Both the position numbers and the translations under genes were made by a program. From Squalus acanthias (taxonomy: Eukaryota): a stretch of 64,000 nucleotides of DNA. Positions 24,422-36,660 of the stretch are shown one piece after another. The notes below the pieces were generated by a model, which did no database searches, was not told where the DNA came from, and was given only the letters and a program-made list of their open reading frames with translations. The DNA is taken from assembly GCA_030390025.1 (NCBI GenBank), contig CM059431.1, positions 96,164,001 through 96,228,000 on the forward strand, read 5' to 3'. Positions within the stretch are counted from its first letter, which is position 1. Every line of letters begins with the position of its first letter.

Positions 24422-24899
24422 GGGCTGGATTTTCATGGGGAAGGCGGGTTGGGGTGTGGGGGCTCCGATGCAGGCGGGAAACCAGGGAAAACGGGTTTCC
24501 TGCAGGCCCTGCCAACTTTAACGGCAGGGCCTGATTTTCAACTGAAGCCTCTGTTTAATGGCCGCAGCCAGCCAGATGGAGAGGTTGGCTGGCTGCGGGT
24601 GGGCAGGCCAGCACTAGGTCGCACAGAGGGGAGGGAGGGAGGGATCGGGTGGGAGCCTGTGCCAGCCTCCGGACAATGGGGCGAGGGGGGGGGGCGGAGC
24701 GGGTGGGGGGGGGGGGGAAAGAGAAGAGAAGAGAAGATCGAGGCCGGCGTAGGACTGGGGGTGGGGGGCAAAGATCGAGGCAGTTAAAACCGGAATTGGG
24801 AGGGTTAGAAGTGATTCAAGTCGGGTATCTGATTTTTAACAATTTAACTACCCCCACGCTCCAAACCCACACATTTTTATTTAGGTTAAAATTCCCCCC
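24422..24899. mobile_element. Harbinger-like MITE (478 bp)
   Basis: Ends gggctggattttca / ttaaaattcccccc, ATT TSD; shorter relative of 20227-21060. Confidence 0.85.
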
Positions 24900-25104
24900 A
24901 TTATCTTATTTTCATTGTATAATATCTGATATAATCTGAGTATGATGACAGCTTCAGTCAACAGTTAGGGAACATCAATTTCCAAATGAAAACTAATAAG
25001 TTAACTGAGTACTGCACTCCTGATAAGTTACAATGTCAATCCGATACCTTTACTTCTACTTTAATGGTTTATGTACCAAAATGTCTCAGTCTCCAAATGC
25101 TTAC

Positions 25105-25169
25105 AATATATTGTCATATTCCATCAATAAAGCTTTGCCACTCAATGTACGTGAATAGTGTTCACTCAT
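25105..25169 (-). CDS. Candidate first coding exon (MSEHYSRTLSGKALLMEYDNI)
   Basis: ATG at 25169 preceded by an in-frame TAA; strong donor |gtaagc; ends in phase 2. Confidence 0.38.
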
Positions 25170-25233
25170 TTACAGTTATTATAGTAAATTCAACTGGGAG
25201 CTGCATTTCACCAAACTTGACGAATTTCTTGGA

Positions 25234-25628
25234 TCACAGAATCAAAGAAACTTACAGTACAGAAGAGGGTCATTCGGTCCATCGTGTCTGTGCTGGCTCT
25301 TTGAAAGAGCAGTCGTGTTTAGTCCCACATCTTGTCTGTAACCCTGGAAGTTCCTCAAGTACCTGTCCAACTCCCTTTTAAAATTATTTATGGAAACAGC
25401 TTCCACCACTTTTTCAGGTACAGCGTTCCAGATCCTGACAACTCTCCGAGTGAAAACATTTCTTCTCATCTCCCCTCCAGATCTTTTGCCAATGTTTTGA
25501 ATCTATGACCTCTGGTTATTGACCCACTTGCCAGAGGGAATAATATTTATGTAATCTATTAAAACCTCTCATTATCTTGAAAACCTCTGATAGGTCACCT
25601 CTTAACCTTCTCTGTTCCAAGAAGAACA
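25234..25628 (-). mobile_element. CR1 3' end
   Basis: RRNVFTRRVVRIWN and a 3'UTR like that of 26066-27716. Confidence 0.88.
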
Positions 25629-25899
25629 GTCCTAAGTTTTCCAACCTCAAGCTGTGAAGTCATGCAAGGTGTCAAATGTTCTGTGGATCACTATGCTGAA
25701 GACTGGCACTCACACTATCACCCCAATGACAAAACCAGAAAATGAAGATTCCCCAAGCAATCCATGAAATTAAATAGCAAGCAATTCATGAAGGACTTGG
25801 AGCCCCACTCACAACTGATGAAATCAGAAGGGTGGTGCAACATATGAATAATAGTGGAAAATGGGCAAAGGAATGTGTGCCACAAGAGCTGAAGGACAT

Positions 25900-28050
25900 C
25901 AACATCTGAAAGCATAATGGGGGTCAGTCAAACTGCAACAACTATTGTGGCATCTCTCTTCTTGTGATTGCCAGCAAGATCCCCACCAGAGAACTCTTGA
26001 ACAGGGTCATCGTTCATACCTCCAGCATTTGTTCTGCCCGAGAATCTGTGTGGGTTCTGCATAAAACTGGAGAGGGAAGTTATAGACAGGATAAGTAATA
26101 GATAGATAGAGAAGACGTACTAAAAAGATTAGCATTACTGAAAGTTGGTAAGTCACTTGGTCCGAATGGAATGCATCCTAGGTTGCTGAAAGAAGCAACG
26201 GTAGAAATAGCAGAGGCATTGATCACAATCTTTCAATCCTCATTGGATACAGGAGTAGTGCCGGAGGACTGGAGGGTTGTTAATGTTATACCACTATTCA
26301 AGAAAGGGGAGAGGGATAAAGCAAGAAACTACAGGCTAGTCAGCCGAACATTGGTGGTGGGGAAGTTATTGGAAACGATGATCAGGGACAAAATAAACTT
26401 TCATTTGGAAAAGCATGGGTTAATCAAGGAGAGCCAGCATGGATTTTTTGAAGGTAAATCATGTCTGACTAACTTGATTGAATTCTTTGATGAGGTAGCA
26501 GAGAAAGTTGATCAACATGGAGCGGTAGATGTTGTATATCTGGATTTTTAGAAGGCAGTCGACAAAGTGCCACGCAGGAGGCTTATTAAGAAGATAGAAG
26601 CCCATGGAATTAAGGGGGAAGTGATTGTATGGATAACAAAATAAGCTCAGTGACAGGAAGCAAAGGGTGATGTTGGATGGATGTTTTTCAGACAGGGAGG
26701 TGGTTTGCAGTGGTGTTCCCCAAGAGTCAATTTTGGGTCTATTGCGCTTTTCAATTTTTATAAACAACCCAGACTCAGGTGTAGGGAGCAGCATTATAAA
26801 GTTTGCAGATTATACGAAACTTGGCAAAGTAGTGGATAGTGCTGAGGATAGTTATAGGCTTCAGGATGACAGACAGGATGGTGAAAATGGGCCGAAGCAT
26901 GGCAGATGGAGTTCAATGCGGAGAAGTGTGAAGTGATGCACTTTAGGAGGACCAACATGGAAAGACAGTATAATATAAATGGCACGATTTTGAAAAGTGT
27001 AGCTGAGCAGAGACCTTGGTGTCCATATACACAAATCCTTAAAAGGTGGCAGGGCAAGTTGATATGGTGGTTAAAAAAGCATATGGGTTACTTGGGTTTA
27101 TAAATAGAGAAATAGAATATAAAAGGAAAGAGATCATACTAGAACTTTATAAATCACTGGTTAGGCCTCAGTTGGAGTATTGTGGAAAATTCTGGGCACC
27201 ACACTTCAGGAAAGATGTAAAGGCCTTAGAAAGGATAAAGAGGAGGTTTACCAGGATGTTACCAGGGATGAGGAACTTCAGTTATGAGGAGAGGTTGGAA
27301 ATCTTAGGACTTAGTTAGAGAAGCTTAAGAGGTGACCTAATAGAGATAATGAGAGGCTTTGATAGAGTAGATTGAGAAATACTATTCACTCTGGCAAGTG
27401 GGTCAATAACTAGAGGTCATAGATTCAAAATCATTGGCAAAAGATCTAGAGGGGAGATGAGGAGAATTTTTTTTTTCCCCACTCAGGAGAGTTGTCAGGA
27501 TCTGGAACGCTCGACCTGAAAAAGGTGGTGGAATCTGATTCTATAAATAATTTTAAAAAGGGAGTTGGACAGATACTTGAGGATGAGAAACTCACAGGGT
27601 TACGGACAAAAAGCAGGGATATGGAACTAAACACGACAGCTCTTTCAAAGAGCCAGCACAGGCAAGATGGGCCGAATGGCCTCCTTCTGTGCTGTAACTT
27701 TCTGTGATTCTATGAACTTTGTCAACTGTAGCAGACAGCCACTGAGCAGAACTGAGACCTGAGCATTCAACAGTCAACAGACAAATATTGTGGGAGATCC
27801 TGGCAAAGTTTGTGTTTCCTGTCAAGCTTAACAGCACGCCAAAGGCTTCCACAATGGCATGCTCCTGAGTGTGATCTCAGATGGAGACTGTGCATAAACT
27901 TTACCAGTCACCACTGAAGAAAAACAAAAATGCAATTGCCTTTTATTCATAATATTCTTTTACTGCTATGTTGCAGGATGTAGAAACTCTTGCTGATAAT
28001 GCTAGCATCTATATCAGGTTCAACGTGAGTGGAAAACTGGATTGCTGAGG
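25900..28050 (+). mobile_element. Old RTE-like remnant (25900-26060 and 27720-28050) split by a CR1
   Basis: GISLLVIASKI and LPE...CGF remnants upstream; AFNSQ/RQILWEILAKF and FHNGM remnants downstream. Confidence 0.55.
26066..27716 (+). mobile_element. 5'-truncated CR1 LINE
   Basis: HPRLLKE...QHGF...GVPQES...LVRPQLEYC; tail gtgattctatga. Confidence 0.93.
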
Positions 28051-28074
28051 ACAATATAAAGAAAATATGAGGGG

Positions 28075-30598
28075 GGAAAGGGTGAGTCACGAACTAAGAT
28101 TTTAAATTTAGGAATGGCAGACTTGAGGGATGAAGCAGAAATTGATCATAGTAGACTGGGCAGAACTATTAGCAGATAAAAATACAGGTGAACAGTGGGA
28201 GGTATTCAAAGAAGTATTTGGTTCAATACAAGACCTGTACATACCCCAAAAGAGTAAGAGCAATACTTGTGTAAGTAAACAACCTTGGTCAACAAGAGCA
28301 GTGAGAGATAGTGTAAAATTAAAAGAAAGGGAAAGGGCAAAGAACGGTAGAGATGCAGGTGACAATGTAATTGAAAATCAGCAAATGTCAGACTTGGTAA
28401 ATATTTACTTTGTATTGGTCTTCACAGTAGAGAATGAGGATAAAGTAACAGAGATATGAGGAAAACTAACAAGTCAAGGGGAGGAACTTACTAGAATTAA
28501 TAAAAGTAAAAAATCGTAATGGAGAAAATACGAGAACTGGAAATGGTAAGGGAAAACCTAGCTAACAGTGATCATAACATGATTGAATTTGATATTAGGT
28601 TTTAAAAGGAAAAAGGCAAATCAAGGTTTTAAATTTAGGTACGGCTGACTTTGAAGGGATGAGGTAGAACTGTTAACAGGTAAAAATACAGATGGACAGT
28701 GGGAGATATTCAAAGAAGTACTTGATTCAATACAAGACCTCGAATAGGCAAGAGCTCCAATTGTGTAATTAAACTACCCTGGTCAACAAAGAAGAAGTGA
28801 GAGGTAGTATAGAACTAAAGGAAAGGGCTTATACAAATGCAAAGAACAATGGAGATCCCATGGACTGGGAGAGATGGAAAGCACAGCAAAGCGATGCAAA
28901 AAAGTAGCTAGAACTTCAAAAAGGGAATATGAGATAAAACTTGAGGGATAGCAAGGACAGCACTTACTACAACAACAACTTGCATTTATATAGTGGCTTT
29001 AACGTAGTAAAATGTCCTAAGGTGCTTAGGTTTTTACAAATATATTAAGTGAAAGAGGGTGGCTGAGAGCAATGTGAGCCCCTTAAGGACAGATTCATGT
29101 GATATAGTAATTGACAATCAGGAAATGGCAGACGTGCTAAATATTTACTTTGTACCGAGAATGAGGATAAAGTACCTTTTATCCTAAAGGAAAAGTAAAA
29201 ATAAATCAAGTGGAGGAACTTACTAGATTTAATATAAGTAACAAAAATGGTGGAGAAAATAAGGAGACTAAAGATAGATAAATCTCCAGGACCTGATGGT
29301 TTCCACCCCAGCATATTAAAAGAAGTAGGTGAGAAAATTGTAGATGGTGTATTAAAGATCTTCCAAAATTCTCTTGATTTAGGAATTGTCCACTTGGATT
29401 GGGAAATTGAGTGTCACATTACTTAAGACGGGTAGGGGAGATAAACTAGGAAATTATAGGCCTGTTAGTCTAACATCTTTTGTGGGGAATTACTAGAATT
29501 TGTTATTGGGGACAGAGGGACTGAGCACTTGGACAAACATGAACTGATCAGAGAGAGCCAGCATGGATTTGTAAAGGGCAAATCATGTCTAACAAACCTA
29601 GTTGAATTTTTTGAGGAGGTAACCAATGTAGTAGATAAGGGAGTATCTATGGATGATATTTATATGGACTTCCAGAAGGTAGTTGATAAGGTTCCACATA
29701 AGAGATTGTTAACAAAAATGAGAGCACATGTCCAACTTTGCAATTTCCCAATCCAAGTGGATAATTCCTAAATCAAGAGAATTTTGGAAGATCATGAATA
29801 CACCATCTACAATTTCCTCACCTCTTTTAAGACCCAAGTTAGGTGGCACAGTAATTAGTGTCGATGGGAGCAGATAATTACAAAGGGACATTGATAAAGT
29901 GAGTGCGCAAAACTGTGGCAGATGGAGTTCAATGTGGGGAAGTGTGAGGTCATCCACTTTGGATCTAAGAAAGATAGATCAGAGTATTTTCTAAATGGTG
30001 AGAAGCTAGGAACAGTGGAGGTGCAGAGAGATTTAGGGGTCCAAGTACAGAAATCACAAAGCTAATGGACAGGTACAAAAAATATTTAAAAGATTAATGG
30101 AATGTTGGTCTTTATTTCAAGGGGCTGGAATACAAAGGAGTGGATGTTATGTTACATTTATATAGATTTCTGGTTAGACCCCATTTAGAGTACTGCATTC
30201 AGTTCCGGGCACTGCACCTTGAAGCATATATTGACCTTGGATGGGTGCAGCGCAGATTCACCACAATGATACCGGGGCTAAAAGGTTTAAATTATGAGGA
30301 CGGGTTGTATAGACTAGTCTTGCATTTCCTTGAGTATAGAAGGTTAAGTGGTGATCTAATTGAGGTGTTTAAGATGATTAAAGGAATTAATGCGGTAGAT
30401 AGAGAGAAAGTATTTCCTCTGGCGAGAGGAGTCCAGAACAAGGGGGTATAACCTTAAAGTTAGAGCTGGCTGTTCAGGGGTGATGTCAGAAAGCACTTCT
30501 TCACACAAATGGCAATGGAAATCTGGACCTCTCCCCCCCTGAAAGCTGTTGAGGCTAGGTCAATTTAAATTTCAAAACTGAGATTGATAGATTTTTAA
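28075..30598 (+). mobile_element. Rearranged CR1 copy/copies (internal duplication, antisense L2-type tail, internal inversion)
   Basis: CR1 ORF2 remnants; homologous to 53373-55338. Confidence 0.88.
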
Positions 30599-30600
30599 TA

Positions 30601-30722
30601 ATAAACAGAAAATGCTAGAAACACTCAGCAGGTCAGGCAGCATCTGTGGAGAGAGAAACAGAGTTACTGTTTCTGGTTAATGAAAGGTAATCGAACTGAA
30701 ACATTAACTCTGTTTCTCTCTG
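30601..30722. mobile_element. Penelope-terminus fold-back fragment with degenerate hammerhead
   Basis: gagagaaacagagtta ... taactctgtttctctc inverted arms; taatgaaaggtaatcgaactgaaa remnant. Confidence 0.7.
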
Positions 30723-31269
30723 TCTTTCAATTTTCCTTTTTCCAAGTTCTATCCCATCCATCAACCACAAATGCTTCTTAATTTATCTTCCAAGATTCAG
30801 GTCCTGTAACCTCGATTGACCTGAATACTAGTAATATATTAAACGTCTTGCGTATAGCAGCATTTCTTACATCACACTTAATTCCTCCACACTTTCCCTG
30901 CCACATTTTGTTAATAACACCCACACTGTTATAAAACAGTATATCCTATGATTCAATGAGTTAATAATATTGTATAAAATTGAGAGACCCACACCAGTGT
31001 AGACTCAATGGAGCAGTAATGTAGATGTCAGAGGAAATTCCTTGAACTATGACACTGCCAGTTTTGACTAGCTCAGCAGATTAAGAGAACAAACTTTTCT
31101 GCTGAAAGTGATCGTCACATTTGCATTTTTTTTTGTAATTTAAAAAATCAGTTAAAACAAGGTATGATGCCATGCATACTACAGCAGCAGGAGGAACGAG
31201 GGCCTCATCCTCCCACACCACTGAGGGTGCAGATCTGAGTCTCAATGCACTAGGACAGAAGGATGCTAC

Positions 31270-32130
31270 TGTTTCACATCTCCTTACACCCAGCTGGTGC
31301 ACGTGGGGCAATCTCGTCCGAACTGACCCCCGTTCGGACGGAATTCCTCATCGGCGCCCGGCCCCGAAACCCCTCTCGGGAACCGGCGCCTCACAACTTG
31401 AGCCATCTCGGGGAAATGCCCTCCGTGTCGTTTCATTCTGCACGGAGGGGTTTCCTGTACGGGCTGCTCCTGCACACTCTCCACTTTGCCATCTTCGTCT
31501 GCCATCCAGACACGCCTTGGCGTGCCATCTTGCTGTCCGGCGGAGGTCCCCAATGGAGGGCTCTCTATGCAGGAGTCTTCCCTTTATCTATTGGGGACTT
31601 GGCCTGGAGGGTGTTGCACAGAGCAGTCCCGTGCAATAAGGTTTTAAGTCGGTTCACGGACTCCCAGGCCGCCTGCCTTTTCTGCGGCCTAGAGGATTCC
31701 ATTTTCCATATATACGCTGAATGTGAGAGGTTGCAGCCCCTCTTTCATTATTTGAAGGGGCTGCTCCTCGATGCTTGGCTTCACTTCAGTCCCACGCGCC
31801 TGATCTTTGGTCACCCGGTGCGGAGGGGAGCGGGCAGATCGGAGGACCTCCTCGTAGGACTGCTCCTGGGCCTGACCAAAAAAGCCATTAACTGGTCCAG
31901 ACAGCGGGCGGTCGAGGGGGTCTTTCGGCCCGATTGCCTGCCTCTCTTCCGCGGCCATGTTCACGCCCGGGTGGCCCTGGAGATGGAGCAAGCGGTGTCC
32001 GCCGGCACGCTTGAGGCTTTCCGCGACCGGTGGGCGCCGCAGGAACTGGAGTGCATCATCACCACGGCCAATTAAATTTTAATTTAATTTGTTAAGGTTT
32101 ATTTAAAGTTTTTAAGTTACAGACAATTTG
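31270..32130 (+). mobile_element. Tx1/L1-clade LINE 3' end (zf-RVT region)
   Basis: DLAWRVLHRAVP..CLFCG..DSIFHIYAEC (CxxC..H...C zinc-binding motif) in ORF 31263-32075, followed by an AT-rich 3'UTR. Confidence 0.85.
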
Positions 32131-32897
32131 TTTAATCACCCCACTAAGAAGAGTACACCCAGCTGGTAGCAAACAGGCTGCCTTTTGGCCTTTTTAATTG
32201 ACAGAAGTGAGTGGTCCAGGAAAAAATGTACAAATTCATGCCCTCCAAAAGATAAATCACGAATAGTAAAAGGCAAATTCTTCATACAAAGAGCAATTAA
32301 TACATGAAGCAGACTCCAGGATAAAATGAAGGTGAAAATCCTAAACATGACTTCTACAAATGACATTGCATTTACTTTATAAAGGATGCGTCCCCTTTTT
32401 TGGTTGTGGCTTTGTGCCAGCAGCTGTTGTGCGACAAGTTCCAAGAACCAGGAAGCCACCCGTGAGGTGGGGAAACCAAGGTTAGGGAAAGAGATTCACA
32501 GAGGGGAATCCAGAGGTGGAAGGAACTTTGATTCCACCAGTATTTAATGGTAACTCACTGAAATTGCCCTGTTAATTTAATAGTAATCGTGGCAACACTC
32601 AGATTCCCTTAATAACCAACAGTAACTCAGTGTTACCCCGCACCCCGCCCCCCCCCGTTTCAGAGGACCCTCATTCCTGACTTCACCCCGATATCCTACT
32701 TGTAACTAGTAACAATCCTGTAACCCACTGATATTCACCCTGAAACCACAGCCAGAATCCCCCTGCACTGCACTACAGATGGTGCAATCAGGCTCCCCAG
32801 TCGATGCCACTTTTAACAGACCCGATCTCTCTCCCTATCTCCATGAATTCTGATTTGGACTCTGGTTCTGTATGAAAGTGACAACTCTGAAAGGAGA

Positions 32898-32992
32898 ATA
32901 AAAACAGAAAATGCTGGAAATACTCAGCAGGTCAGGCAGCATCTGTAGAGAAAGAAACAGAGTTAACGTTTTAGGTCGATGACCCTTTGTCC
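32898..32992 (-). mobile_element. Penelope terminal fragment (truncated hammerhead)
   Basis: Near-identical to 14190-14270. Confidence 0.8.
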
Positions 32993-33371
32993 CTCTGAAA
33001 GGGGAACCGCAGTCACAGTTGGTCGGTACTGGACTTCATACGTTAAAACCAGGCAGCACAGACGGACCTGAACCAAACCAAGAAATCGCATAAAGGGCAG
33101 TGGGCTCAGTGCTTGGGTGTTTCTCACAGGGCACATTGTTCTAAATTCAGCTCAGCACCCACATTTCTAAACCACTCCCTAAGCTTGAACTCAATAAAAG
33201 GAGAGTTTTCATAGAATTATAGAAATTACAGCACAGGAGGCTTTCACTATTTACCCACAGTAAGGTCACCAGGTTTCTCTTACACCTTTACTGGCTGCTC
33301 CTCTCTCAGTACTGCTCCCACTCATCATGTTACTGCTGCTGCTCCCGGAGAAAATGCGGAGTTACAACAAC

Positions 33372-34965
33372 CACACTCCCCCGTCTCCACCTCTCCCCCC
33401 CACCGCCGAGCCCCCACTCCCCCGTCTCCACCTCTCCCCCCCCCCGCCACCGAGCCCCCACTCCCCAGTCTCCACCTCTCCTCCCCCACCGCCGAGCCCC
33501 CACTCCCCGTCTCCACCTCTCCCCCCCCCCCCGAGCCCCCACTCCCCCGTCTCCACCGAGCCCCCCCCCGCCGAGCCCCCACTCCCCCGTCTCCACCTCT
33601 CCCCCCCCCCCGAGCCCGCACTCCCCCGTCTCCACCTCTCCCCCCCCCGAGCCCCCACTCCCCCGTCTCCACCTCTCCCCCCCGAGCCCCCACTCCCCCG
33701 TCTCCACCTCTCCCCCCCCCCCCGAGCCCCCACTCCCCCGTCTCCACCTCTCCCCACCCCCGAGCCCCCACTCCCCCGTCTCCACCTCTCCCCCCCCCCC
33801 CGAGCCCCCACTCCCCCGTCTCCACCTCTCCCCCCCCCGAGCCCCCACTCCCCCGTCTCCACCTCTCCCCCCCACCCCGAGCCCCCACTCCCCCGTCTCC
33901 ACCTCTCCCCCCCACCCCGAGCCCCCACTCCCCCGTCTCCACCTCTCCCCCCGAGCGAGCCCCCACTCCCCCGTCTCCACCTCTCCCCCCACCTCCACCT
34001 CTCCCCCCGAGCGAGCCCCCACTCCCCCGTCTCCACCTCTCCCCCCCCCCGAGCCCCCCACTCCCCCGTCTCCACCTCTCCCCCCCCCCCGAGCCCCCAC
34101 TCCCCCGTCTCCACCTCTCCCCCCGCCAGCCCCACACTCCCCCATCTCCACCTCTCCCCCCGCCAGCCCCACACTCCCCCATCTCCACCTCTCCCCCGTC
34201 TCCACCTCTCCCCCCGAGCGAGCCCCCACTCCCCCGTCTCCACCTCTCCCCCCGAGCGAGCCCCCACTCCCCCGTCTCCACCTCTCCCCCGTCTCCACCT
34301 CTCCCCCTGAGCGAGCCCCCACTCCCCCGTCTCCACCTCTCCCCCCCCCCCGGAGCCCCCACTCCCCCGTCTCCACCTCTCCCCCACCCGAGCCCCCATT
34401 CCCCCGTCTCCACCTCTCGCCCCCGAGCCCCCACTCCCCTGTCTCCACCTCTCGCCCCCGAGCCCCCACTCCCCCGTCTCCACCTCTCACCCCCCGAGCC
34501 CCCACTCCCCCGTCGCCACCTCTCGCCCCCGAGCCCCCACTCCCCCGTCTCCACCTCTCGCCCCCCGAGCCCCCACTCCCCCGTCGCCACCTCTCGCCCC
34601 CGAGCCCCCACTCCCCCGTCGCCACCTCTCCCCAGTCTCCACCTCTCCCCCCGAGCCCCCACTGCCCCGTCTCCACCTCTCCCCCCGGGCCCCCTCTCCC
34701 CCATCTCCACCTCTCCCCCCGGGCCCCCACTCCCCCATCTCCACCTCTCCCCCCGGGCCCCCACTCCCCCATCTCCACCTCTCCCCCCGGGCCCCCACTC
34801 CCCCATCTCCACCTCTCCCCCCAGGCCCCCTCTCCACCTCTCCCCCCGGGCCCCATCTCCACCTCTCCCCCCATCTCCACCTCTCCCCCCAGGCCCCCTC
34901 TCCACCTCTCCCCCCGGGCCCCCTCTCCACCTCTCCCCCCGAGCCCCCACTCCCCATCTCTCCCC
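33372..34965. repeat. C-rich minisatellite, ~30-bp unit CCGAGCCCCCACTCCCCCGTCTCCACCTCT(C)n
   Basis: About 50 directly visible tandem units with variant blocks. Confidence 0.97.
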
Positions 34966-35039
34966 CAGTTTGCTCAGAGCCCCCATTCTCCAGTCTCCCT
35001 CTCTTCTTCCCCACCCCGCCCCCCAATTTCAGAGGCTCC

Positions 35040-36470
35040 TCATTCCCGACTCTTCACCCCACCCCCCCCATTCCCGACTCTTCACCCCCCATCACCCCAC
35101 TCTTCACCCCCCATCCCCCACACTTCACCCCCCATCCCCCACACTTCACCCCCCCATCCCACCACTCTTCACCCCCCCACTCTTCACCCCCCCCAAAACC
35201 CACCACACTTCACCAACCATTCCCCCACTCTTCTCCCCCCCCCATCCCACCACTCTTCTTCTCTTCTTAGGCAGTCCCTCGGAACCGAGGATGACTTGCT
35301 TCCACATTAAAAATGAGTTTGCAGGTGACTGATGAGTCCAATGCAGGACCTACAGTCTCTGTCACAGGTGGGGCAGATGGTGGTTGAAGGGGCGGGCGGG
35401 TGGGGTGCTTGAGTTGACGCGCGCTCCTTGCGTTGCCTGTGCTTGGCTTCTGCTTGCTTCCGGCGAAGAGACTCGAGGTGTTCGGTGCCTTCCCGGATGC
35501 TTCTCCTCCACTTTGTGCTGTCTTGGGCCAGGGATTCCCAGGTGTCAGTGGGGATGTTACACTTTTTCAAGGAGGCTTTGAGGGTGTCCTTGAAGCGTTT
35601 CCTCTGCCCATCTGGGGCTCTCTTGCAGTGCCGGAGCTCCGAGTAGAGCGCTTGTTTTGGGAGTCTCGTATCGGGCATGTGGACAATGTGACCCATCCAT
35701 CGGAGCTGATCGAGCGTGGTCAAAGCTTCGATGCTGGGGATGTTGGCCTGAGCAAGAACACGGACGTTGGTGCGCCTATCCTGCCAATGGATTTGCAGGA
35801 TCTTGCGGAGGCAGCGTTGGTGGTACCTCTCCAGTGCTTTGAGGTGCCTGCTGTACATGGTCCATGTCTCTGAGGCATACAGGAGGGCGGGTATCACTGC
35901 TGCTCTGTAGACCATGAGCTTAGTGCCGGGTTTGAGGCCCTGGTCTTCAAACACTCTCTTCCTCAGGCGACCGAAGGCTGCACTGGCACACTGAAGGCGG
36001 TGTTGGACTTCGTCGTCGACGTCTGCCCTTGTTGACAATAGGCTCCCGAGGTATGGAAAGTGGTCCACGTTGTCCAAGGCCTTGTCGTGGATTTTGATAA
36101 TCGGGGAGCAGTACTCTTCACCCCGCCCCCATCCCACCACTCTTCACCCCGCCCCCATCCCACCACTCTTCACCCCGCCCCATCCCACCACTCTTCACCC
36201 CGCCCCCATCCCACCACTCTTCACCCCGCCCCCATCCCACCACTCTTCACCCCGCCCCCATCCCACCACTCTTCACCCCGCCCCCATCCCACCACTCTTC
36301 ACCCCGCCCCATCCCACCCCACTCCCCCCCAAACCCACCACTCTTCACCCCGCCCCATCCCACCACTCTTCGCCCCGCTCCCCCCCAAACCCACCACTCT
36401 TCACCCCGCCCCATCCCACCACTCTTCGCCCCGCTCCCCCCCAAACCCACCACTCTTCACCCCGCCCCGC
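35040..36470. repeat. Second C-rich minisatellite, ~25-bp unit CTCTTCACCCCGCCCCCATCCCACCA, split by an RTE
   Basis: Units at 35040-35258 and 36113-36470. Confidence 0.92.
35259..36112 (-). mobile_element. Young 5'-truncated RTE LINE
   Basis: Uninterrupted reading frame through the C-terminal zinc finger; actcttc duplicated at 35252-35258 and 36113-36119. Confidence 0.95.
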
Positions 36471-36477
36471 TCCATTC

Positions 36478-36660
36478 CCGCCGTCACTCCCCGCAGTGGC
36501 GGCTCTGCGGCGGTGGCCGGGTCACTGAGCCGGCGGCCTCTCTGACAGCAGCCGGTGACGCACTGCAGCTGGAAGTTTCAATCGCTGATCCCCCGAGCTG
36601 CTGGAGGACCTCGGAGAGGAATCCCCGATTCCGGAAAACTCCTGGTTATTCCAGGAGGGT
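36478..36660. promoter_or_regulatory. CpG-rich non-repeat segment; possible promoter/first exon
   Basis: Dense CpG, TGACG (CRE half-site) and CCGGAA (ETS-like) motifs; no TE similarity seen. Confidence 0.35.

Noticed and set aside
32136..32459. 107-aa hydrophobic minus-strand ORF
   Set aside because: No recognisable domain; the plus strand contains a decayed CR1-like FFIQRAINT remnant.
33042..33067. Possible 26-nt 5'UTR exon (ttggttcag| ... |gtatga)
   Set aside because: Splice signals alone, with no frame constraint to test; too weak to call.
33372..34965. CRISPR-like array
   Set aside because: There are no unique spacers and no cas genes, and the context is eukaryotic; it is a simple tandem repeat.
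33325..35026. Long Gly/Arg-rich and Pro-rich ORFs (up to 553 aa)
   Set aside because: They are translations of a stop-free minisatellite, open in several frames on both strands.
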